A DNA stretch of 63,630 nucleotides, counting the filler, from Polymyxa betae A26-41 (Eukaryota > Protista > Endomyxa: Phytomyxea): assembly GCA_003693705.1 (NCBI GenBank). It is 13 parts of 13 records of this genome, joined end to end, with 100 filler letters (N's around TTAATTAATTAA, not from the genome) between each part and the next. Parts side by side here need not be neighbours in the genome. Positions count along the whole stretch, not along the records: positions 19,724 to 29,162 come from RBZT01000297.1; positions 29,263 to 43,661 come from RBZT01000144.1; 11 more parts are not named here. One strand, given 5' to 3'. Under the pieces are notes generated by a model, which worked only from the letters and a program-made list of their open reading frames with translations, had not been told where the DNA came from and ran no database searches. Of this stretch, positions 23,583-36,800 are shown in pieces. Numbering within the stretch: the first letter of the stretch is position 1; every line of letters starts with the position of its first letter. Made by a program: the position numbers and the translations under genes.

Positions 23583-24916
23583 ATGAATATTGTTATGGTG
23601 ATCGCTGCTCTCATGTCCGTGACGGCATCCGCCACCCAGAACGACACCGAACCCAGCCATGGTCGCGTCCTGCCGGTGAAGTCAACATCGAGACGGGTTC
23701 TGGCCTCGGCGCTGCAGTCGACTCTGCCATCGGTGCCCCCGTCGTTCTGGCCCGGTCCATGGGGTCGCCTGATGAGCCCGAACATTATCTGGAGCTTGAG
23801 CTCATCATTGAGCACGCCGAGTTCGGCCGGAATCTGTATTCGAGGTTCGCCCTGGTCAGCAAAACAAGCTACGAACAAGTCCGGCGACGGACTCCCGATA
23901 TGTGGCGGCACTAAATCCGAACGCGGTCGTCGGGCGCAGGCTTCTCGCGGAAGCTGCTCGCGCTTCCGGCCGCTGTTCTCTCCGACATCTTCACCGACGA
24001 AGTTGCCGCCCTCTTCTTGAGTCGTCTTCAGGTAGCAGCGCGTTATTCACCGGACGTCGTGCTGGACCTATTCACTAAGAGCGGAATCGGACGGATTCCA
24101 TCAGTTAGGAGATTGATTCCTGGTTGGGTCGTATCTATCACTATATCAGACGGTCTGTCATCGACTGAACTTACAGTAAGAGAGGCTCTGGGCAATATCG
24201 TGCAGCTGGTTTCTGAAAAGGGCGGCTTGACGCCCAGGGCCAGTATTCCTGATCATATTCTTCCACAAATCCACGAACATCTCCAAAATTCTCGGAGCAA
24301 CGAGATTTTTGCTGATCTTCCGGGACGATTTGAAGATATCGAATTTTCTGATCGTTATCTGACAGCATCCTGCGTTTCCAAGTTTATTGCAAATCCATTA
24401 TTTCGATCACGCCTAAATCTCGTCAAGGACTTTCTTTCTCGGGGTTCCCTTTTTTCTGTGGGAATTGAATCTCGTCAAGATCAAGATCCTCGAATTGCAG
24501 CCTATTTTACCTTTTGTTACTGGGGCGGCCTATGCGCTGCAAAGGCACATCAAAGTCCTGATCCAGAGGGAACGTTTCGACGTGATCACAGCCATCATTA
24601 AGTCCGAAAGCTTCCGATTTGGGGACAGATATTCGATCCACCTAATCATAATGGCGTTGATCGACATCGAGAGCCAGCAGGAGCTCTTTTGCGCGCTGCT
24701 ACAGACGCCGTTTCGGGACGGCGTGTTCCAGGACGTCGCCTCTATCAGTTCTCCCAGCCGATTCTGCACAAAGCCGTTCGGGTCGGCAATGCCGCCGCCG
24801 TTCGTGAGCTGCTGTCAATTGAGGGGATTGATCTGAACATTCTCGATGATTATGGCCGTACTGCCCGTGATTATGCTGTTGAAGGTTCGAAGATCGCGAA
24901 CTTATTGGATGACTGA
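23583..24916 (+). pseudogene. Secreted ankyrin-repeat protein, frameshifted
   Basis: Signal peptide MNIVMVIAALMSVTASA and C-terminal ankyrin ILHKAVRVGNAAAVRELL...DDYGRTA; the reading frame is broken several times, with a TAA near 23912. Confidence 0.7.
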
Positions 24917-25872
24917 GCTCTGTGTAATATATTGAAGATTGTGGTGATGCTCATAATTTGGCTCTTTTCTGATAAACTCCTCTTTGTTGTAACTCGGACT
25001 TCTGTGCCCCTGCAGAGCGGCTCCTGTTAAGAACGTCCTTGGATTGCTGGGTCATTCATGAAGTCAGACGACAGTATTAGGAGATGTTATTCTCGATGAT
25101 GATTTCAGGTCGGGCAGAAAGACCGATTGAAAGTCTCAAACATGAACACATTTTGATTGGTTTCTAGCATGGGCTGTCATAGGCGCAGGAGAGGAACTCG
25201 CCTGTCATTTCACTCTGCGTGTAAAGTGCTGCATTTAAATTACTGATTTCCAACTCCTTAGGATTGCCTCGAAATTGATTTTGCTGATTTTTGTTATGTT
25301 TCCATTTTAGTAGTTGATGTTGGACAGTTTCTCTGTGTCGCATACAATTTCTACATGTATCTTCCGATTCAATTTTTTGTTCTGAAATGTGATCTTCGTG
25401 CTCTATTGAGAAGAGTGCTATTACAGACATCAACATTACATGATGGAACACAGACCACAAACGAAAGCTTCAGAAGACATTATGATGGAATGAGAAGCCG
25501 ACCTAAACAGAAATCATATTGATGTGGAAGATCCTGCTCGACAGCCTGGGTCGTGAATATGAACGAACAGCGCCAGGAGATAGAGGAGCCCGTCCGGGAA
25601 AGTGTGAAAAGAGGGCTGGCTCCTAAAGTAGTACTAGAAGCTTGAGAATGAGATCTCCTAAAGTGTGAGAAGAAATGTGAAAAACAGGACTTCTAAAATG
25701 TATTGGGCCGTTCTTGTTGCAGCTCTGTGACTGAGAGCAAGGTCAGGAGTTTCTGTCCTGTTTCTCTTTGCTTTTCATTCTCCTTTCTAAGCGTTGGCTC
25801 CTCATCTGCTCGATTCATCGCCTGTTTTTCACGTAGCAAAACAGTACCCAGTTGCGGACGAATCCCCCCCAA

Positions 25873-25942
25873 CTCTCTCTCTCTCTCTTTCGTCTCTCTG
25901 TCTCTCTCTCTGTCTCTGTCTCTGTCGCTCTATCACTCTCTG
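25873..25942 (+). repeat. Imperfect (CT)n/(GTCTCT)n microsatellite
   Basis: Visible in the sequence. Confidence 0.85.
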
Positions 25943-26251
25943 CTTTATTGATATATCTAAGCAGTTTCATGGGACTCATTAGCACACACACATCTCCACC
26001 AGACCAATTTATCGGCGACCTCGGTCAAATATTTTTCTCTCTCTAGTCATACCGCATACGCCAGCTGGTTACTATGACTTATATACAGTGTTTTCTTATG
26101 CTGAGACATATAACAGTAACATAAGCCCTTAGCATGTAAACGTTTCAGTGAGATTCCATAATCTTGAATGCGGGATTAAGGCGTGGAATCATTTCATCGT
26201 TGTCAAATAACAACGAATTTATTGATATTGTTCACTGCATGTCAATAATCC

Positions 26252-27196
26252 TTAAGGCGACGTTTTTCGAGTCGGATGATCAAGCCGGTAATAACATTCG
26301 TTGAATACTTTGTAGAGGAATGCTTGATCGCGGCCGGATCCACCAAACAGATTGTCGTCGGAGCGTCTGTTGATAGTTTTAACAATGTAGTTCAGATCTG
26401 ATCGATTCCAATGAAGGCTGATCCCCAGAACCACCCTTCGGAATAGCTCTCTTAATTTATCATTTTTGATGTCCAGATTGAAACTGACTGTATTTTCGAT
26501 GAGAATCTGTCCAGTCACATAACAATAAACTGTAAAGAACTGCCAGTACTTGCTCGAAGAGGGAAATTTCATGATATCGGCAAAAATTTCTTTGTGAAGT
26601 TCGTACAGCTTCGGGTTATCACGGAGCTGGAAAATGTGCATTGCGATGAACTTTTTCACCGATTGAAAAGTGTTTACAAGCGGATATTTCTGACAGAATA
26701 AGGCCACATCCAGAACATTTTCTGTTGTGAATGAGATCGAGCTCAGAATATCATCACATAATTTCGTCACGGTCTCACAGACAATGTAATCTGCGATCTG
26801 GGCCATGACGAAGACTTCGGAGTGGCAACAACGATCGAGGTCGCTCAAGCCATACACGACTTTCAGAAATTTTTCAAAAAGCACAACTGTGTTTTGGGCC
26901 TGCTGCCCCTTGAAGGGTTCCGGGACATCAAAGTCAGGAAGATCGATTTTAATACACGGTTTTGAGCCGTTTTTTGCAGGTTTGCTGTTGGAATTTGATG
27001 CAGACCAGAGTAGAAACCGCTCCACATAGTCACTGCTGGGGACCAGTACGGCCCGATGACCGAAGAACGTGGTCCCATTGACCACCAGAATCAGGTCACT
27101 GCTGGAGGCAAGATTGAACAGAGCATGGAGAGTCTTAACAGCAGTACGAACGGCGCGCTGTCCGGATGTATTGAGAGAGCCATTGAGGTCGGACAT
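26252..27196 (-). CDS. BTB/POZ (BACK-like) domain protein, copy 1
   Basis: SDLILVVNGTTFFGHRAVL, FLKVVYG, ENVLDVALF; intronless, 314 aa. Confidence 0.88.
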   Translation of the reverse strand: MSDLNGSLNTSGQRAVRTAVKTLHALFNLASSSDLILVVNGTTFFGHRAVLVPSSDYVERFLLWSASNSNSKPAKNGSKPCIKIDLPDFDVPEPFKGQQAQNTVVLFEKFLKVVYGLSDLDRCCHSEVFVMAQIADYIVCETVTKLCDDILSSISFTTENVLDVALFCQKYPLVNTFQSVKKFIAMHIFQLRDNPKLYELHKEIFADIMKFPSSSKYWQFFTVYCYVTGQILIENTVSFNLDIKNDKLRELFRRVVLGISLHWNRSDLNYIVKTINRRSDDNLFGGSGRDQAFLYKVFNECYYRLDHPTRKTSP

Positions 27197-28191
27197 GGTG
27201 CAGAGACGGTCTAAAGTCGACTTTCGATGTTGGGGAATGACGCTTCAAGACACGGTTTCCGTGCATGCACTCCGAAAAAAATTTAAGTTCGACTCTGCTT
27301 TACACTCGACAGGTCGCAGTTTTAAGTCCATCTGATCCCAGAGGCGCGACCCAGGAGGTGGGTGGGCTGCGCCCTGAGATATCTTACGGGTGTAGCAAGG
27401 AGGCCCCGCCTCATCTCGAAGTGCAAACTACAAATCAAAGCATGTAGAGCTGTTGCGTGGTTCCATGCTTGATTGCCGAATTTGCCGCCATTCACGCATG
27501 CCTGAAATATTTCTCATCTTCCACCTGTGCGTTCCTTCGTGCTATTCACGCCGAATGCTGAAGTTAAGCCTATGGATTCTTGCTGTCGTTATATACAATT
27601 TTGAAAAGTTTTTCGTTCTGTTTCTGCTCGCTTTCGTAGAATCACATTGAATTGGCCCCTCGTTTCAGCTCAGATGAGCGGCGACTGTGTTCTTTTTGGC
27701 TGGTTATCACCCAGGATCCTATCAAAGGGGATAATCAGAATCGGGATGGTCTCTGGATCAACATTGCTAATATATATATCTAATGCCTCCGTTGAAGAAG
27801 ATCAAAAGGGCTTTTGTCACCAAGATCAGCAATATAACCGTTTCCGGGTCAGCTTGTTCACAATATGATTATATACGATCACATTGCGAATATAATTTGT
27901 ATCTAGGCGATCCAAACTTTATTCGAAATATCTGGGTGGAATGATGTTGATTATCATCGCAAAGCCAAAGCACAGCACGAAACGAAAGAAAAGAAGGAAT
28001 TCCAGCTTGATCCTGCACGAGATTCTACAGCTTGCTGAAAGATTCAAAACAGAGTTTAGGGATTATGGTGGCACCACAAGACCATCCTTTTAAAACGAGA
28101 CGAATTTGAATGCGGGATTAAGGCGTGGTACCATATCATCATAGCCAAATAACAACGGATTTATTGATATCGTTCAATGCAGTAATTATGC

Positions 28192-29136
28192 CTAGGGCGA
28201 CGTTTTGCCAGACGAATGATCAAGCCGGAAATAACAGACGTTAAATATCTTGTAGAGGACTGCTTGATCGCGGCCTTCTCCAAAAAACAGATTGTCGTCG
28301 ACGCATTGGCTGAACGTTTGAACAATCAGGTTTAGAACAGATCGATCCCAATGGAGGCTGATCTCCAGTATCACACTTCGGAATAGCTCTCTTAATGTAT
28401 CATCTTTGATGCCCAGATTGAAACTGATTGCAAGATCGACTGGAACTTGTCCAGTCACATAGCAATAAACTGTAAAAAACTGCCAGTATTTGTTCGAAGA
28501 AGGTAGTTTCATGATATCCGCAAAATTCTCTTTGTGAAGTTCATACAGCTTGGCGTTCTCACGGAGCTGGAAAATGTGCATTGCGATGAACTTTTTCACC
28601 GATTGAAATGTGATAACAAGAGGATATTTCTGACAGAATAAGGCCACATCCAGAGCATTTTTAGTGTTGAAAGAGATCGAGCTCAGAATATCATCACATA
28701 ATTTCGTCACGGTCTCACATACGAGGTAATCTGCGATCTGGGCAATAGCGAAGACCTCGGCGTGGCAACGGCCATCCAGGGAGGTCAAGCCGTAGACGAT
28801 TTTCAGAAATCGCTCAAAGAAGACCGCAGTGCTGTGGGCGTGCTGGCCCTTGAAGGATTCCGGGACATCGATATCAGGAATATCGATTTTAATAACCGGT
28901 TTGGAGCCTTTTTCTGAAAGCGTGATGTTGGATTTCGATGGAGACCAGAATAGAAACCGCTCCACATAGTCACAGCTGGGGACCAGTACGGCCCGATGAC
29001 CGAAGTACTTGGTCCCATTGACCACCAGAATCAGGTCACTGCTGGAGGCAAGATTGAACAGAGCACGGACGGTCTTAACAGCATTGAGCACGGCGCCTTG
29101 TCCGGATGTTTTGAAGGATCCTTTGAGGTTGGACAT
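28192..29136 (-). CDS. BTB/POZ (BACK-like) domain protein, copy 2
   Basis: Collinear 314-aa paralog of 26252-27196. Confidence 0.88.
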   Translation of the reverse strand: MSNLKGSFKTSGQGAVLNAVKTVRALFNLASSSDLILVVNGTKYFGHRAVLVPSCDYVERFLFWSPSKSNITLSEKGSKPVIKIDIPDIDVPESFKGQHAHSTAVFFERFLKIVYGLTSLDGRCHAEVFAIAQIADYLVCETVTKLCDDILSSISFNTKNALDVALFCQKYPLVITFQSVKKFIAMHIFQLRENAKLYELHKENFADIMKLPSSNKYWQFFTVYCYVTGQVPVDLAISFNLGIKDDTLRELFRSVILEISLHWDRSVLNLIVQTFSQCVDDNLFFGEGRDQAVLYKIFNVCYFRLDHSSGKTSP

Positions 29137-29662
29137 GATGCAGAGATCGTCCGATGTCGACGNNNNNNNNNNNNNNNNNNNNNNNNNNNNNNNNNNNNNN
29201 NNNNNNTTAATTAATTAANNNNNNNNNNNNNNNNNNNNNNNNNNNNNNNNNNNNNNNNNNNNATCCGGTAATAATGGCGAATATGCGACACGAAAAAAGT
29301 GCATCACACTTGGAGCCTTACTGAGCGTATGAAACGTTCAAGTCCCGAGGATTGTGGAGCTGGACGGACCGACGGCAACAATAAACAGCAACTGGATTGC
29401 TGCTTAAGCGCTAAGAAGCACCATTTAGATCTTGCGATTTGATTCCCATTTACTGGCGTACCCAAATGGGGCTGAACGGGTTTGTCTGAGAAGTTAAGTC
29501 GTGATGGGTTACCATTATCAGACCATAGTAAGGCGCTCTGTCACGGAAGATCTGCGGCCTTCTCCACAGTTGTGATGTGCACCAGCAGGCCGCACCGCTC
29601 CATGAGTTATGTTTATCGTTAAATGACGGAGAGGGTCATCACATCCATATTCGTATTCAAAG

Positions 29663-30240
29663 ATGCCATTGCTTGAGGTCGTGCCGATTCTGACCCTATG
29701 GACATTTGCTCTTTTCATACTTCACAGCATCGACCAAACAACGGCCGACCCTACTGCTACATCTCATCGTCGTGAACTGCGCCACCGATCTGATGAAATT
29801 AAAGCGACAAGAATAATCTCTCTACCACAGTCTTCGAATGTCATTCAATCTAACAACCAAGGGAATTATATCTCCCTTGCTAAAGTGATTGGTGAAGAAG
29901 AAGACTCCCGACAAGGTATACAGTCTATAACTATTCGCTGCTTCTTAATTCGAACAACACAGCAAATACTACCGGGGGTCTAGCACGTTCATCTCCACCT
30001 ACAGATCCTTATTACACATACAAGCCGAAAACCTATCAGACTTCGTTGTCTGACCTTCCACCCTCTTCATCACTTTCATCATTTTCCAAGAAAAAAGGTA
30101 ATTGTGAAAGTTGCCAGTTTTTTCAACTTTGTTTTGATTGCATGAAAAAATGTTCACGACGTAAAGAACAGCCAGGACTCGGAAATGTTGCAGAAGCTGA
30201 TGTGGATGCTGTTGCCGAAACTGAACTTGAATCTTGCTAA
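29663..30240 (+). CDS. Small secreted protein, two exons
   Basis: Hydrophobic N-terminus; the 47-nt intron 29916-29962 joins the two ORFs in frame; RELR at aa 37-40; Cys cluster CESCQFFQLCFDCMKKC. Confidence 0.6.
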
Positions 30241-31486
30241 TAAATCCTAAGCTTATAAAGCAAGTGCAGAGAACATCAGTAAGGGTTATGCAGACTTGGA
30301 ACAAATGTGACAACGAAAGCAAACCGAATTGGAAAACATTCATCTAACATCAAGAATAATAGGGAATTTTGAAAGTTGAACCTTCGGATTATTCACGGAT
30401 CCTTGTCGCTTCGACCAATCGCTTGATCGACCTGATTTCTTGACCGACCTGATTTGTATTTCAAATGAAATAGCAAGATAGGTACAGTATGTACATAGTT
30501 AAAAATCGCAGTGCGACGAGCACGGTGGGCTGCGTCCCGCATACAAAAATGTGCGTGCTCTCTTTCCCTTCTGATTATGGTCTATTCACGCAAAATCTGG
30601 TATTTTTGCGTTTCTCTCAGTTCCCTTCATTTGTATTTTATTCTACATACTCCGTGTCTAATACGGAATTAATTTCAAAGAAGTCAGAATGAGATATGTC
30701 TCTTCGACAGTGGCAGATTTCGAATCTACGACATGAATGTGAGCTCCATTCGTCGATTTCACTTCCTTGATTGTCTTCTTTATTGTCTGACGGAGAACGA
30801 TCGAGTCCTGGGCAAACTCCGTCCGTAGTAGAATTTAGATCCGAATCGACAAGATCGGTCCCATCGGACGAGACACTGCGAATCAGGAAAGAAAGGTTTT
30901 CCAATGAGAGAGGGTTCTTCAATTTGGGCAATTCGCATTCTCAGACCAGACGATGCTTGTTAAACATGGCTATCAGATGAATATCTTTTCAAACAGCACA
31001 GAGTTCCGACAGAAAAAACCGTGCAAGCATTTGTAAGAAATCGTTAAAGATTGTAACTTCTCGACGCCATGATTCTGGTCGAAACATGGCTACCACCCGG
31101 ATCCCGCGTCGACACCGACCTCGTCCAGCAGCACCTCCCGGGCGTTACTATGGAATTTACAGTTGTTTAAAACCCATGTTTTACCGACGTTTAAGGATCG
31201 GAAACATGTACGCTCCAAGATACAGCTGCCAATCCTTTGGTGTTTTTTCGTCAAAAATGAATGCCACAGCACTGTAGAACGCCAATGGAAGGTCAAAGAA
31301 CAGCTGAAAAACCAGGACGCTTCGTCCATGACAAAACGATAGAATAACGCAGAGCTGCATGGCCTTAAACTCAAACGGATCGATGGCCAAGGCCTTCAAG
31401 CCGCTGCTGCAGGACGACGACCGAAAAGAGCAATTAATCAATGAAATGTTGTTTTATAAAGTGGATTAAGATTACTACCAATTGCG

Positions 31487-32403
31487 TCAACTATTTTGAA
31501 TGCTTAACATCGGCATATCGATATCGCAAACCTGGCTGATATCGTCGCTTCCAGTAACCCCATTTTGTTCGTTGTTGACCCGGATTCGACTATTCCCTGT
31601 CCTTTTGTCTGACCGAATTCGATGCTGGTGCTTGACATCCACGTAAGGGCACAGGTTGTAAGGTTTGCTTTCTCCTCCGAGTAGTAATCTCACAATGACA
31701 TTTTCTATACCCCAGAATGCTGGAGATAAAATCGAGTTTTGCAATACATAATCTGTAATCAAGGTCGAATTTCCAACAAAGACGTCCCAGCTTGCCCATT
31801 CAGCATATTGTTTGCATGATGACTGATCTGAATCACGCCTTGAGATTACGAATAATGAGGGCTTGGGAGAACTAAAGAATTTAGGGCATGCTTGACTCAA
31901 ACAGGAAATTGATGGAATTGTTACATCGGCAGTGCTCAAGACAAACATGCCAGCTGGAGCAGCAACTTTTGCAGCTAGCAAAAGTCGATCATATGTCACA
32001 ACAGCTGGAGACCAATAAACTTCAACATCAACGTCTTGCTGAGAGCCGATAATCTCCAAATCGTCAATACTGTTTCCATTTGAAACAACCAGAACGAATT
32101 TGCTGCAATAGTTGTTAGACATGGTCTCAATGAAACTGGACCGAATCTCTTCGTATCTAGACTTGGGCTCAGATTCAGGTATGAAATATTCTCTTACGAA
32201 ATTAAATTAATTCTGGCCACATTGGGAGGTTCTATGATAAGACCTCGCAAACGAATAAATTGGGATCAGGCTCGGTAGCGGATATTCGAAACGCTGAAAC
32301 AAGAAAGCGTGCTGAGGGTGTAGATAGACGATGAACACGACAGAATAGCAATGACATTGGTTAGCAAGGAAAATGCAATGATATACCTTCGCAATAAAGG
32401 CAT
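31487..32403 (-). CDS. Type II membrane GT-A-like protein, apparent frameshift in the TM segment
   Basis: YFIP..RYEEIR, TYDRLL, STADV, ISRR, SWDVFV, WGIENV, NLCPYVDVKHQH follow the pattern of an uncharacterised glycosyltransferase-like family (recalled, not searched). Confidence 0.5.
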
Positions 32404-35400
32404 TTTTCTTAGATCAAGAAAATAGAAGTACGAAAAAACCACAACGGTTGTTAGTTTTGTAGATCTGCCAAATTTTCCAGGCTGTGCCCCTGGAGGAGGT
32501 TGCTTCTGTGCCTGGATGAATTCGTAACCCCAAATATGGTACGTAGAAGATGTTATGCTTGAATAAAGAACGAGGTTTTCGACGACAAATCCAAATTAGC
32601 CCCACACAAAAAGTCCTATCTGATTGAGAATATCTTTTGTCACCAGTGCGGCGGATATACCGTTGCGGACAGCTTAACTCTACGATATTCGAGAAAATGT
32701 TTCGCGCATGGGGGAGCCCCCGTAGGCTGTACGGGCCGTACCCCGCGAACTTCACAAATTGGTACCGTATGGCCAAAAAAAACCCAGATCTTGACCGCGA
32801 TTCGAGCCCAGCACCATGCGATGGCTGCGCTCATAAATTGCAGAGGGCAAAGGCAAATGTCGCCTTGCATTGGCCAAATGAGCGGTTCGGTCATCTTAAG
32901 GAACCGGAACTGTCGATGAAATACGACGAAGAGCTACGGTATGGATACTGCACCAGTTTACCTAGAGCCAATCGAACATCTTTGCCTTGCAGGTCGATGA
33001 TCAGCTAAAGTGCGAAACCCGTATGAATGGATGTTTGAAAACAACACTTATGCTGAGCGACCAGGAACCATCGGAGCTCACAAAAGTCGTCGACATCTAA
33101 TACAGCATTATGGTCCATTCGACAGCGACAATGACATTCTTAATCAAATCATCGGTATGGAAACAGAACAGTTTAAATCGGTTTGGTGCTTCATGTGCAT
33201 ATAATGCACTGGCTAAATGAATTGTCCAGTGCCAACACAGGCTTGCAAGTCTTTTTCTCCAGACAAAACAAATCGAGCTATATTTCTTGAAATCAATTTT
33301 TTTTTGCGTTTCTGCGACCTTGTTGTCAACTCAGCATCAAAGGATACGTTTTAGGACAGCCTTGCTATGCTAATGTTTTGTACAACGTTTTATGCTAGCG
33401 GCCTAGTGCTCCGATCGTGTCGGGTTAGGGTCGGGTTTAGGTCAAAACCAGAAACCGCCTCCAAATAAATTCTAACACTCGGTTCTTTATTAACTAAGAT
33501 CTCATTTTTATCGACTGTTTTCCATACATCAACGCATTCAAACTCTTCGGGTCCAGAAAAATGACGTCGAAATCCAATTTCATCCCGTCCGGTGATGAAA
33601 ATTTGCTCAACAGAAACGAAAAACCACGGTATAGAAATAAAATTTTGAATGACAATGAGGAGAGCCACAGACAATACGGACTTCTGCAAACATTTATACA
33701 ATTTTTGGGTTTTCGGGTCGGGTACAGCCTTCAACATGGATAACGTTTGTTCTTTTGTGCCGTACTTAGCTTTTTGTTCTCTGATCTTTTGGTAGTATTT
33801 GCTGCTTTTTGGTCAGATTATAGCATTTGGCCATGGTGTATTATCAATCTAGCAGATCGTTTGTGACCCAAAAAGGGTGTGCCAGTATATATTCAGCAGG
33901 ATGACCCATGTTGAACTTGTAGGCTATTTCACATTCTCTTTCCTATAGTTACATACTCAGCAGGTGAAAACTTTTTCTCAGCAGGTGAAAACTTTCAGGT
34001 CTACTCTGATAACAATAATGAGGCCGGATTCCAATTGCTACTCGCTTCAGGGGCCAGTTAAATCAGTTTGATTGGTCATGTCGGAGCTGCAAAGCTTGTT
34101 CAAAGTTTTCCAGCTGGCTCTACAGCGCAGTCGTAAAAGGAAGTAGATGCTCTAAAGCCTAGTTAAGAAGTCTGTCTACGGTACACCTCAAAAATAATAG
34201 GCAGCATATCTCAAATTCTCCCAATAACACTCCCCGTTATTTTACAAAATCTTTCGACTTTTGCAAAAGTATGTGTCCTCCCTCGAACTAAATCGGATCT
34301 ATTTAGTCAATCTATCGTGGTGCTCAAAAGCTACGGGTAATGCAGATAACGAATGTTGATAGTAATCGCTGGCAACAAGCATTGTCGTTTCATTGGGATA
34401 GCGCTTGATCATGCTCGATCTCATCTGACGATGATAAAACGAAGCCATGAGTGTCACTGTAATGAAAAACATTTTATAGCTATAAGAACCGTTTTGAGAG
34501 AGCGAGTGGATCTTAACATATATCCGATCGCCATTGAGTACATGATATTTGTGTGTAACTTGCAAACGAGAGCTTCTTTAGAATGTTGATACCTGCGCCT
34601 CCAAAGGTTGAGAGTTTCAAACAAAAGAAAATTGGTATACAACTATGAAGAATACAGGCTATATGGTCCTATTGGATCTTGCAATTTAACAGCACTTCAA
34701 TCGAAGCCAATATCAAGATGTGATGAAGAGATAATCGACTCTGATCCGACACTAACAGGGAAGCGCACCATTACACGACCTCACCGAAATGATAATCGTA
34801 CTGCCCGAGATGTGAATATCATCATGCGAAACAACTATTGACATTGTTGAAAGAATTTGGCTAAAACAGCACTCAGAATTTGTGTAATGAAGGGCAATTT
34901 ACCTGCAAAAGATAGATGCATAATGAAGTCGAAAATGAGGAGGATGAATAAGATGAAAGTGAAAGCTGAACAATTATCATCTGTTAGCTGGCATCAGAAT
35001 ACATCAGCTTTGTGAGAATAAATGAGCATTCGGTAAGATTGCCAGCAATTCGTATCAGAACGCTGCGATGCCCTAGGTATTGTACCCTTGAAAAGCACCT
35101 TCAACCCGACCAGATCCTATTCAGGCCTGCAAGAGGTTATAGGCAGTGATGGTAAAGCATCAAATAAGTTACTGGGCAACGGTAGTCTGTGAATATCAAT
35201 CTGTGATTTCAGGCCATCTGATAGACAGAAGAAGTCAGATAAAATGGTTCGGAATAATGAAGTACCACCAATGGTATAATGGAATGGGTTTGCAATGAAC
35301 TCAAGTCCTGTGTTAAAGCCCTCAACGAAGTATGATGTCAGACGACTATCTCTGATGCATGAAGCCAATACTGTACAAATTGTAAGCTTTGGGAGAAACA

Positions 35401-35599
35401 AGCTATCAGCTGGTGATTTGACAAAAGACCAGAAGCTAGAAATATTTCTTCGAATCTTTAGCCTGGAATTCAATGACGTGTCGATTGTAGTTTTCAATGG
35501 ATAAAGGCGCTGAAGGATGCGTTGCTTTCAGACGACAATCTGTGCTAGAGCTGATACAAAAAAGTGAGATGTAGCTTTAGAAGAAGCTTCTGATGTACC

Positions 35600-36800
35600 T
35601 GATTGGCAAGCGAACTAAAGCCTACATCTACCCAAACTATTTTCATCTCAACCTGATAGAGCCGATCTGGATGCTGAATATGATTAGCTGAGAAACACCA
35701 GAATGAGATTCATTAAATGTCTGAAAGCCAGCTGTATCTGAGGATTGAGCATGTCCGACTACAGCCATGAGACTGATGAAGCAAACGGAGCATAGAGCGA
35801 CAGGAGGAGCCGTTGCTGATAAGTAAGCGATGTGATATATCTGATGAAAATGTAGGATCAGCTCTGCAAGTGTATGATGATGAAAAGTAAGGAGTACCTA
35901 AGAGGCAAAACGCGCTAGGAGAATAGATGATGAAAGCTATTACTACAGCCATTTCATGCATAATAAGCATTGAATAAAGAGGCATATTATGCCGATGATA
36001 ATGAAGCAGTATCTTTGCTGATTGTTAAAATTGATGAGATGATGCCTAGCAGCAGCCATTAAAGCGGTAGTACCTAACGAAGCCATCTGTTGAGAAATGG
36101 CTAAATCAAATGCAGTAGCGAATGAAGACAAGATATCAGGCATTACCTCGCAAATGACATTGATAACAAGCAATGAATGGATTCCTATATTAGGCTGTAC
36201 CAAAAGAAGCCGTATGGCGAACTGTAGCTGATGAGCGAGTGTATGATCAGTTTAATATGGAGAGAAATGTAGAGCAGTGATACAGAAGCGGTATAAAATG
36301 CTGTAGCAAGAACAGAGCCTATCAATGCTTAGTAGCAATGATGTTAAATATCGGGTATTGAACCGCAGCGGAATGCTGTAGCAAACGCATCCATGCCTTC
36401 AATAGAAGATAGCTACAGATGCAGCCGCATTTAGCAGTTGAAGCCAATGGCCCTGAATCAAAGAGAAACTTTGCTGAATGGATAACTTCATGGCAGATGA
36501 ATTCTATTTGTAGCTGTAGCTAAAAGTCATTCATCATAGATAGAAATATTGAGCTTACAGCTTTGCATTCGTGATTCCAATTGGGAGGAACAAGAGAATG
36601 GAGCGGATCGGAATCAGAGGTAAACAATCTTCCTCGTGCAATATGAAAGAGAAGCATCTTGAATCTAATAGACTCTGCTTCTCAATGGACGAACTCTAGA
36701 TGCTAACTTTAACCTATGGCATTGCTGAATTTTTAAGATAGCATTCGACATCCCAATGAATGATATTGAACAGACATGTTGCTGTGTTCTTCTAACAATA
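35600..36800 (-). pseudogene. APC-superfamily amino-acid transporter pseudogene
   Basis: Across frameshifts: LLNAAASVA../EGMDAFATA../AVQYP../ALIGSVLATAFYTASVSLL, matching the TM6-TM7 GF(D/E)xxxxxxEExxNP region; further hydrophobic segments follow. Boundaries are approximate. Confidence 0.5.
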
